Origin: Octopus vulgaris
Lineage: Eukaryota
DNA length: 64,000 bases
NCBI GenBank assembly: GCA_951406725.2
Contig: OX597826.1
Location: 53,382,001-53,446,000, forward strand
Reading direction: 5' to 3'
The position numbers and the translations under genes were made by a program. Positions 24,001 to 36,000 of the stretch are shown here, one piece after another (within the stretch, counting starts at the first letter, position 1; each line of letters opens with the position of its first letter). The notes under the pieces are model-generated. The model made no database searches and had not been told where the DNA came from. It saw only the letters and a list, made by a program, of their open reading frames with translations.

Positions 24001-27000
24001 TGTGAGGTTGAGCTTGCATCATAATAATACTGACCTGGAGGTGGCATACCAGGGGGTGGCATGCCAGGTGGAGGTAGTCCATATTCAGGAATTTGTGCCA
24101 AATGGGGATGATGGGGTTGAATACCAGAAGGTGCAGGATATGGCTTGCGGCTAAAATATATAAAAATTGAAAAAAATATATATAAATAAATAAACAAACC
24201 GAAGCAGATTTGTTGGTGCTGCTGTTGTAAAAAGAATGGAAGGAGACTGATAACAGCCAAAATATTTAGTCAACAATAGTTGACATGTTTTGTAAACATT
24301 TTAAAACATATTTTGTAAACAAACGAGCAATGTCAAGCTTGGGACTGAGTGAAAATTAAGAAACAACAAGGGGAAAGCCTATAAGAGACAACAACACAAA
24401 AAAGAAAAAAATTTTAATGCTTTCCATGCTAGCATGGAGCGGACACTTTGACAGGAGCTGGTAAGTCAGAAGACTGCATCAAACAGAACTGACTGTTTTG
24501 GCAGTATTTCTATGACAGGTTGCTCTTCCTAAAAGGCGGCGAGCTGGCAGAATCATTAGCACATCGGGCGAAATGCATAGCGGTATTTCGGCTGCCGTTA
24601 CGTTGTGAGTTCAAATTCCACCGAGGTCGACTTTGCCTTTCATCCTTTCAGGGTCGATAAATTAAGTACTAGTTACGCACTGGGGTCGATGTAATCGACT
24701 TAATGTCCATGTTTGTCCCCTCTATGTTTAGCCCCTTGTGGGTAATAAAGAAATAGGTTGCTCTTCCTAAAACCAACCGCTTTATAGAATGTACTAGATG
24801 CTTTTTAGGTAGCACCAGCTAAGAGGTGTGTTATATGTAGAGGAGTATTGAAGTAGTGACTTTCTCCAGGTGATGAGAGGTTAGAGTATGACAGAGAGAC
24901 AAAAACAGGTGTCTTGCAGTAGAGGGGACACCTGACTAGCCCAATGTGTGTGTGTGTGTTTGCCTTGATGCCCTGTGATGATCGTAGGTAAGCATCACTG
25001 CCATACAAAGTGTTCTTTATTTCCAGTCTTCTGTAAAAACACATCTGGCAATGGGGAAATATTATCTTGCTTAGAAACAGGTGATGGTTGGAAACAAGCA
25101 AGGCGTCCAGTCATAGAAAGTCTGCCTCGACAAATCCGTCTGAGCCATGCAAGCAGGGAAAAGTGAACACTGAAATGATGATGATGATGAAGCTTAAAAC
25201 ACAAAAGAGTTTATATATGTAAGTTAAAAGAAAGAGTTGGGGTGGCGTAACATTACTTACTAATCATTGGAATCTGTGGTTGGTATGGGTTCACTATTGT
25301 TAGCTGACTGAGCCGGTCTTCTTGAGTCTCTAGCTGTAGTTCCAATCACGTCTATTGTGCCAGACATTTTTCTGTTAGGAGGAGGTGCAGCTCGCTTACC
25401 CAATAAACTTACAGGAGTATTGCCAGCATCTGCGAAAAACATTAAAAAAAATCACCAGCAATTCAGAATATTCACCAGCAAATCACAATATCACAATTTT
25501 AGAAAAACATCAAAAGACATCAAAACATATTTGGGTCGTTATAGCTTTTATTTTACAAAGATCAATGTCAACGCTCACTTTTACATGCCTGCATGCTCAG
25601 ATGATACTTGTTGAGGCAGGTTTTCTATGGCTGGATGCTCTTCCTGTCATCAACCCTCACCTGTTTCCAAGCAAGGAGATATTTCCCCTAGCTCTTTGAA
25701 CATGAGAAGCACAAAGGCTGGACATACTTAGATGGAAGAGTACAAACATAAATGATACTGTTTGTATATTAGTAACGTTTGTTTACAATTAGTGCACAAT
25801 ATCAAGACAAGGAGACACAAATACACACACACACATATAGATATATGTATGTAGGCTAAGACATGGCTGGGTGGTTAAGAAGTTCACTTCTCAACCCCAT
25901 GATTTTGGGTTCTGTCCCTCTATATAGCACTCTGGATGAAGTAGATTTTGCAAATGGAAACTGAAAGAAGCATTTCATGTATGTACGCATGTGTATAAAC
26001 ATATGCTGGTGTCTTTGTTTGTCCTTGTCTTGACATCATGCATAATTTGTAAGCAAGCGGTGTCCCTTGTTTTATAGTCTCCTGTGATAACATGTCCAGC
26101 CACAAAAATATCACCTTGCTTGGAAACAGGTGAGGGTTGGCAACAAGAGGGGCATCCAGTTGTAGAAAATCTGTGTCAGTGAATTCCATCTGACCTATGG
26201 AAGCAAGGAAAAGTGAATGATAAAACAACAGCAACAACATACATACACACATATATATTGATATATAAAATGTTTTGAAATCTTACTGTTTAATGCAGCA
26301 GGTTTTTCTTCAGGTGTACTGCGGGAGTTAACAACAGGTGTTGGAGCACCAGCATGGTGAACCTAAAATAAAGAAATTATAAAAAGACAAATGTTTAATT
26401 AACATACAGTGACAATAATGATTTTCTCTGACTAGAAAAATAGCCAAATTTATCAAGGAATGAAAAATGATTCTGGTACTTATTTCCATCAAACAGCAGG
26501 GCGGGACTCGAGCTAAGAATATCAAAGTATTAGGTTCATATATTGTATTGTCTGAGCCATCCCCACCGTCCAGACAAATATAATATTTTAAATAATATTA
26601 TATAATCTCCTTCCTTATTGCTAAGTTTAAGTAGCTGAAAGGTAGTGCTATCATGTTTTCACATTGAGGATTAAATACCTATTTCTTTACTACCCACAAG
26701 GGGCTAAACGCAGAGAGGACAAACAAGGACAGACGAACGGATTAAGTCGATTACATCGACCCCAGAGCGTAACTGGTACTTATTTAATCGACCCCGAAAG
26801 GATGAAAGGCAAAGTCGACCTCGGCGGAATTTGAACTCGGAACGTAACGGCAGACGAAAATACGGCTACGCATTTCGCCCGGCGTGCTAACGTTTCTGCC
26901 AGCTCGCCGCCTTAAATAGCTCTGTAAACAGCCTCATCTCAAACCAGGAAATCAATGAGCCAGACTAAAAGTCTAAGATCAATGTATACATGATCATATC

Positions 27001-30000
27001 CCTTCCTGCTAGATTCAAAACCGTATAGTTTCTGGTTCAATCCCACAACGCTGCACTTTGGGTGAGTGTTTTATACCATGGCCCCAAGTTGACTAATAAT
27101 TTGTCAGTGAAATACCTTCGTCATCTAGTTGGCATGTTTTGTAAACATTTCAAAACATATTTTGTAAACAAACGAGCAATGTCAAGCTTGGTACTGAGTG
27201 AAAATTAAGAAACAACAGGGGGAAAGCCTATAAGAGGCTACAATACAAAAAAGAAAAAAAATTTTAATGCTTGCCCAAACTGATGATTCATGCTGGTTGT
27301 TTTAATAGCTGAATGTCTTGCCTGCACATAACACAACTTACAAATGATGGTAGTAGTTCACTAACCGAAACGGCTGATCCTCGTCAGTGACACTTTGTTC
27401 GCTGTTCATCCTCTCAGTATCTAGCGATATTTACTGTTGAAATAGTTTGCATTTACCATGCTGTGACCCTAGCTTGAGTAGTTACCGAGTGCTAGGCCTT
27501 GCCAAGGGGCTACCCGTGATTTGGCCTGGGGCTGTTTATTTCTGTATTCACTTCTATTTATATGCTAACTGAACCAATAGCTGGGACACTGACAGGTGCC
27601 ACTACTCCAGGTCAGAGTAGACCTAGGAACAATAGTGGCTAAGAAGTGGTTCCACTCTCCCCCCACAAAAGCCTGGCACTTCCTCATCAGGGACCCAATA
27701 CTGGATGCAATTTAAAGTTAGACACATGAAAAATTTACAAGACAGGAAATGTGTGGAAGCCTATTTTATACATACAAACATACTCACACAGACTCACTCA
27801 CTCTCACATACACACACACTTGCATGCACACACACACACACACACACATTTAGCTCACAGCAGATATATTACATAATCATATGAAAGTATCTAACGTTGC
27901 AAACCTGTCATCCATCTAAAGCAAAAGAAAACAGTTGACAGAAAATACTAACCATTATTTTGTTGGTTTGATTCTCCATACGTAATCGCCGCTGTTTCTC
28001 ACAGTACTGTTGCCAAGTGTCTTCATTGAAACCGTAATTGAAATAATCAGTTATGTCAGCACCTGGGATACACAGAAACAACAACAATCAACAGAAATGT
28101 CAATTTTCTGGAAGTACTATCTGTATATCTTTTTACTACCAACAAGGGGCTAAACACAGAGGACAAACAAGGACAGACAAATGGATTAAGTCGATTATAT
28201 CGACCCCAGTGCGTAACTGGTACTTATTTAATCGACCACGAAAGGATGAAAAGCAAAGTCGACCTCGGCGGAATTTGAACTCAGAATGTAACGGCAGACG
28301 AAATACGGCTACGTATTTTGCCCGACGTGCTAACGATTCTGCCAACTTGCCGCTTTTTTTTTTTTTTTAATTACAATTCTGTAAGTACTATCTGTAGCAG
28401 ATGCATTATCTGGTGACTGGTTAATGGAAAATTGTTGCTAGATTTCTGGATGCTTCTTACCAAGAAAATGTATATTTACTTACAACCATAGAGACTGTGC
28501 TATGTGTTTACTGAAGTATTCGTGATAAAAAAAAAATTTTTTTAAATCAAACCCAAAAGGTACGGTTTTATATAGGATTTAGCAGTTAAGATCAGTTCAA
28601 CCCAGACTGGGACTGTTCTACTGTCATCAATATCATCATTTAACATCTGCTTTCCATGCTGGCATGGGTTAGACCAGTGCTTCTCAAACTATCTGATGTG
28701 GCATACCGGCAGTTTTTTTCCCCCCAATGTGCCAGGGACCAGTAATATTTCTTAGTAATATTAATTTATACTGGAAACAATATATATAATAAATATAATA
28801 AAAGTTGAAAATTTTTTTTATCGTATATCTATTTTGTAAACAAATTTAGGCATAGGAGTGGCTGTGTGGTAAGTAGCTTGGCTTACCAACCACATGGTTC
28901 TGGGTTCAGTCCCAATGCATGGCACCTTGGGCAAGTGTCTTTTACTATAGCCTCGGGCCGACCTAGGCCTTGTGAGTGGATTTGGTAGACGGAAACTGAA
29001 AGAAGCACGTTGTATATATGTATGTGTGTGTGTGTGTATGTCTGTGTTTGTCCTCCCAACATCGCTTGACAACCGATACTGGTGTGTTTACATCCCTGTA
29101 ACTTAGCAGTTCGGCAAAAGAGACCGATAGAATAAGTACTAGGCTTACAAAGAATAAGTCCTGGGGTCTATTTGCTTGACTAAGGGTGGTGCTCCAGCAT
29201 GGCCACAGTCAAATGACTGAAACAAGTAAAAGAGTAAATAATATAATATTACATAAGCATTTCATGTCTCTTTCTTTCTGGAAACTCACCACGTAATGGC
29301 AGCTGATGGCTCGTGGACTGGCGCCGGTCTGCGAACCACCACTTTGAGAAGCACTGGGTTAGATGGTTTGACTGGAACTGATAAGCCAGAGAGCTGCAAC
29401 AGGTTCCAGTCTGATCTGGCAGGGTTTCTATGGTGGGATGCTTTCCTAACGCCGACTATTCCAAGCCATGATGAGTCTTCTCAAGCACAGCATATCATCA
29501 AAGGTCTTGGTCACTTGTTATTGCTTTTGTGACGTCTAATATATGAAGATCATGCTTCACCACCTCATCCCATGTCTTACGAAAATATTTGTGCTGGGAT
29601 GGATTGAATTGTTCTTCTCAAGCCGTTTACTACCATCCCGTTTTTTCAGCTATCAGACAACGGACTGAAGGGACCTATCAGAGAATAGGTCCCTATCAAA
29701 AGTAAAATTGTGTGTTCTTACCAAAGAACTTTCCTTGTAGTTGGTTTGCTTCAAACTAAGGCATCTGGAGTTTTCCATGTCCTGATAGAAAACCCACATT
29801 GCATCTTATCCAAAACTGCAATAACTTTGATAAAACCCATTGACTTTCTAAACTTAGGCCACTGTAATTGTTCTTCTATTTGTTGTACTTTTCAAGGAGC
29901 CCCTTTGCACATGAATGACCATGAGATTGCACCTAGAAAGTTCCTCTCCGAGGTACAAATCTGGGTAAAGTTGTTTATGGAAGACCAGTAGTAGCCACTG

Positions 30001-33000
30001 CATACCACCCTCCCTTCTTCATGCCACCGATGTTATCCAAAGGAAAGGCAAAAGCTGAGATAGCTTGGTACCAGTGATTTCACAAATCATTTCTACAGCT
30101 GAGTGAACTGGAGCATTGTGAAATAAAGTGTAGCACACAGCTCGGGCAAGTAACAGAACTCACTACTCCATGATTGTGAGCCCGATACTCTAACCACTGA
30201 GCCATGCACCTTCACTGCACTTTACAATGATATTGCTAAACCAGTCACTAAGAATAATATGACTTTCCTTCCCTACCTGTAACCAATATAGTACCTAGAC
30301 GCATAATTTTTAAAGTTCATTTTTCCATGCTGGCATGGGTTGGTCAGTTCAACAGGACTGCACCAAACTCCCTTGTCCTCTCTGGCATGGCTTCTACAGC
30401 TGGATGCTCTACCTAATGCCAACCTCTTTACTGAGTGTACTGGGTGCTTTTATTGTGGTATCATAAAACTAAGAGCTAACCCTTTAGTGTTTAGATTACT
30501 CTCTCTTTCTCTCTCTCTCAAATGTAATGCTTATCTATTCCCATTGTTTTGAATTAATCATGAATTATCTTGTAGCTAAGACATTTACAGGACATGATTG
30601 CTTAGTTTTAGAAAGACATTGTAGGATAGGTGTGAGAGGCCAGCTCTGGCCAGTTTTAACAAAAGACTGGTAGAATATTTAGGTCAGATATTGCTGGTTT
30701 GAATGCTAAAGAGTTAAATAACTCACCAGGCTTCCTCCAAGGTTTATCTTCTGCTTGAAGGCTATCAAAATCAAAGTCATATGTAGGAACACCATTATTT
30801 GTGCCAACAGCTTCCAAATCAATTCCTTTTCCTTGAGGTTTATTTAAGCCGCTCGTTCCTGCGAATTATAAAAATAAATCTTGAATTAAAAGGAATTAAG
30901 TAATCAATCATAGGAAAGATTTTATATACATCTAAACTAAGACAACGTTTTTGCACACATTAAACCAGAGATTATAGACAGTTTATTGATCCAAGTTTCC
31001 AATGAAAATAATTCAACCAATATGAATTACCTGAGGAAGATTTGTTATAACCAGCGCCCTGTTTGAAAATTCTTGGTGTCCTGGAATGAATAAATAAATA
31101 AATATAATTGAATTTTAAAAAAACATGAAACAAAACGAATCCAATAAAAACCAAAATAATTTAATGACAATCTGTTATTGAAAGCAAATAAATCTGTAAG
31201 ATTTCTTTTTTTTTTTTTTTTTTTGAAGTCATTAACTATATCTGGAGAACTGCAATGGCTCATTTGGGAATTGAACTTGAGTCAAAGAGTTGACTAGAAA
31301 CAAACTATTATTCTACAATACTTGGTATGGTTGAGAAGCTTGCTTCCCAACCTTGTGATCTTGGAATCAGTCTCAATTCTTGGTACCCTGGGCAAGTGTC
31401 TCCTACTGTAGACCCAGGTCAACAAAAAGCACACAAGTGGATATGGTAGACATATTCTTGTCTCAACATATCGTGAGGGTTGCAAATGAACATCGCTGTC
31501 ATACAAGTAATGGCATTTGTTTCCAGTCTTCCACGAAAACACGTTCAGTCATGGGGAAATATTACCTTGCTTAGAAACATGTGAAGGGTGGCAACAGGAA
31601 GGGCATCTAGCCATAGAAAATCTACCTCGTCAAATTCCATTAGACCTGTGCAAGCATGTGAAAATGGATGTTAAATGATGATTATGATGGCTCAACTGGA
31701 AGCAAACTATTTTATAAAAAGCTTTTAATAAAGTGAATAAAGTTTAATATTTTTTTAAGTATCACTTAATTGTAGTTAATTAAACAAAGGCGAGATGTGA
31801 ATACAAGTGCTAAAAGACAGCAAAATGCTTCTGAATAATAGAACCCATCCAATAAACCTTTTAGTGTTCAGATTATTCTGCCAAATGTAATGCTTGCTTA
31901 TTCACATTATTTTGAATTTATCCTGCATTATCTTGCGACCATGATATTCCAATGATGTGATTGTTTATGTTCAAATGGACATTCTAGGGTAGGCGTGAGA
32001 TGTCAGATCTGGCCAGTTTGAACATAAAGCAAGTAAAATATTTTGACAGGATATATCCAGTTTAAATGCTAAAGGGTTAATGCTGGTAATATATCAAACA
32101 TAGAAAGTTTTCTGCATCAAACATTTGATCAGAGACAAAAATCACTCTTACACAAACACATACACAGAGTGCCACATTACTAAAGCTGTTATGTTGAATC
32201 TGTGGGTCACCCAAGAGATTTAGGTGCCTCCAGGGTCAGAATAACTATTATGGTTAAATTCTGAGATATTTTCTATCTCTTTACAAAAGAAAGATGGCAA
32301 CTTACTCATAGACTGATGGTCCTGACTTGATGTCACCAATCGTAACCTGGACCAAATCATCATCATCGGAATCGTCATCTTCTTTCCGGTCACCAAGATC
32401 TTCTTCTCCACTCTAGAAATTCAAAATGTTACAAGTTTGTTTCAACAAAAGTCAAAAGGCCATCAACAGATGACTATCACTAACTTCAATAGAGAATCAC
32501 ATGGAAGACAGAAAGGAAACAAACATTTTAAATCACTGATACATGCATGGTTGTGTGGTTAAGAAATCTGTTTCCAGCCATGTGATTTCAGGTTCAGCCC
32601 CACTGCATGGTGCTTGCATGGGCAAGTGTTTTCTACTACAAACCCAGGCCGATAAAAGCCTTCTGAGCAGACAGAAATTGAAAGAAGCCCATCATATATA
32701 TATCAGATTGAGTAAAAAGTAAGCAGCGTTTTGAACCATGAAGAATTTGTACAGGATTTTTGCAGAGTTTTTAATTTATTTTAAACATTTCTTTTGCAAT
32801 TGTCTAATACAGACTTGCCCAAATGCATCAATAAATTAACATTGACATTTTCTTCACCGTTGTTACAATAATCTGAAATGGAACTGGCAAAGCACGATAT
32901 TCGAGCAATTTTGCTATTCAACATCAAAAAAGGACATAAAGCAGCTGAAACTGCTCGCGATATCAACAAAATGTTTGATGAGGAAATGATCAGTGAGTGG

Positions 33001-36000
33001 TCAGTTCGAAAATGGTTTAAATGATTTCACAGTGGAGACCTGACCCGTGACAATTATGAGCATAGTAGATGTCCAACCGTCATCGATGACAGTCAATTAA
33101 GGACTGTCGTTGAGAAAGATCCATGTAAAACCACTTGAGAACTGGCAAAAGAACTTCAAGTTAGCCAGAAAACTGCATGCAATTGGAAAATCGAAAAAGC
33201 TTGACAAATGGGTACCACACGATTTGAATGAAAATCAGAAAATGCACAGATATGAAATTTGTTCGTTGCTTCTTCTCCGTAACAAAACAAATCCATTTCT
33301 CGACCATATTGCAACTTGTAATGAAAAGTGGATTCTGTACAACAATACAAAACATTCCTCGCAGTGGTTGGACCAAAATGAAGCACTGAAAACCTTCTTT
33401 CAACTGGAGCTCTTCAAAAAGAAGGTTATGGTGACTGGTGGTGTATTGCTGGACTCATCCACTATAACTTCTTAAAACCCGGAAAGAGTCATTACTGCAG
33501 AAACATACTGCCATGAAATTGCCAAAACAAACAAAAAACTGCTATTCCTCAGCCGCAGATCGGTCAGCAGAAGAGGGCTCAACCACACGTTTCACTAGTG
33601 ATGCTCCAGAATTTGAGGGAACTTGGCTACAAAGTTCTTCCCCACCCAGCTTATTCCCCAGACTTTTCCCCTGCCGACTACCACCTTTTCAAGCACCTTG
33701 ATGGTTTCCTGCAAGAAGAGTTCAAAAATCAAACTGATGCCGGAAGTGTATACAAAGAGTTCATCAGCTCCAGAACAACAGATTTTTATGTTACTGGAAT
33801 AAACAAACTTGTAACTCATTGGCAAAAATCTGTTCATTGTAATGGTACCTTGATGAATAAAATTTCCGCATTGTTGAAATATATTGTAATGAATTTCATG
33901 TTTCAAAACGTTACTTACTTTTTACTCAGCCAGATATATTTATGAGAGAGTTCAAATTCTCCATCTATATGTGTTTGTTTGCTGATTGTAAACAAAAGTT
34001 TCACTGACAGTGTTTTTGCTTGCAATACACCATGAAAGCATGTCCAGGCTTATTGACATGTCTAGATATGTTGCACTATCTTTGTAAACAAAACACTCAT
34101 TCATATGATATTGGGTTTATCCCCCACCTCCATTTCTCCATATATACATGTCTGAGTTGTTTGTAGTTTGACAGATAAGGAGAATATTACCTCCCTTGGA
34201 AACAAGTGAGGATAGGTGACAGTAAAGGCATCAGGCTGTATAAAACTCTATACCAACATATTCTCATGTGACCTATGCAAGCACCGAAAAGTAGACATTA
34301 AAACAATGACAATGGTGGTGATGCCAAGGCAATCATTCATATTCCCAACATGAGGTAATGACGTGGTAGAACAAGAAGAACATACAAATTCCCATTGAAA
34401 TCGATCAACATCAATGGAAATTGCAGCTGTGATACCAGTGCCGGTGATACGTAAGAGAACCATCCGAACATGGCCGTTGCCAGCGCCGCCCCAACTGGCC
34501 GCGTGCCGGTGGCACATAAAAAGCACCATCCGATCGTGGCCGTTTGCCAGCCTCGCCTGGCCCTCGTGCCGGTGGCAAGTAAAAAGCACCATCCGATCGT
34601 GGCCGTTTGCCAGCCTCGTCTGGCCCCCGTGCTGGTGGCACGTAAAAAGCACCATCCGATCGTGCCCGTTTGCAAGCCTCGTCTGGCACCTGTGCCGGTG
34701 ACACGTAAAAAGCACCCACTATACTCACGGAGTGGTTGGCGTTAGGAAGGGCATCCAGCCGTAGAAACATTGCCAGATCAGACTGGGCCTGGTGCAGCCT
34801 TCTGGTTTCCCAGACCCCAGTTGAACCGTCCAACCCATGCTAGCATGGAAAGCGGACGCTAAACGATGATGATGATGATACAAAAAGCTCTGCAGTCTGG
34901 AGTTACAGCCTTGTACATTATCAGTCCAAATACTGCCATAAATGACTTTGCCTTCTAAGAACAACTCTGGTTTATCTAGTGATTCATAACAGTTGTGTGC
35001 AAACTTAGAGACATCAAATAAGAAGTCTATGAATATTCAATATTTCAACATAAATATTCTGGTTGTTAAAGGATGGTCGTGTGGTTAAGAAGTTCACCCC
35101 AACCATGCAAATTTGGGGGGATCAGTTCCACTGTACAGCACTTTGAGCAAATGTTTTCTATTATAGTGTGCATGTGTATTGGAGAAATGGATGACCATTT
35201 CTCATCTATTTTTGTGTCTGTTTTCTCATCCTAACATGGGTTAGATGAATATATAATAGATGCATTGTTTTACAGCCAGATCCCCAACCTGTTGCTAACC
35301 TTTATCAGTTTTCCATGTCTTTAAAGGTGCAAAGCCAGCAGAAAATTTGTCGACAGAGGAAATAACAACATCAGTTTGTAGCTCAGTGATTTTTGGAGAA
35401 GCACAAATGCAAACAAACACACACACACACACACAACGCTTCTCTCAGTTTCTGTCCACTAGAACTACCCAGCAGGCTTTGACCAATGTGGGGTTATAAT
35501 AGAAGACATTCACCCAAGATTCTGTACAATAAGACTGATCTCAAAAACTACATGATGGTGCATCTATGTTTTTCATTCTGTTTTGTGCTTTATATGTTCT
35601 CCTTTTATCAATTCTCTTTGTACAATTTTGACAGATTTCTCTTATGCAAAGTAACTAATGTAAAGGTGCTGCAGTTTAGTTTTTAATAACATTACACTTA
35701 AACTATGTATAAGAACAAAACAAGTGATTAAGGCATTTGGTATGGCAACTTACACATTGAAGTACAAATATTTCACAGTTCGAACATTAGGTCTCACTGG
35801 GGCAATGACTAGTGACCGGGACTTTTGGAAATATGCTGTGCTTGAGAAGACTCGGCAAGCCAAGTGAGACCATAACCTCGTGGCCTATGCCAAGGGTGTA
35901 ACCAGCCCACTTATGCGTACTTTTCCTTCATTGGACATTAAACTCTGCTTGTGAAGACCTGTTGAGGCAAGTGAAATCGAAATCAAATTCGATGACTGGC

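Noticed and set aside
33110-33945. SETMAR-like host gene
   Set aside because: No SET domain, flanked by TIRs, and multiple stops.
34500-34720. About 60-bp repeats with slightly variable segments resembling a CRISPR array
   Set aside because: Eukaryotic intron, spacers are homologous to each other, no cas genes, and the array is part of a dispersed retroposon.
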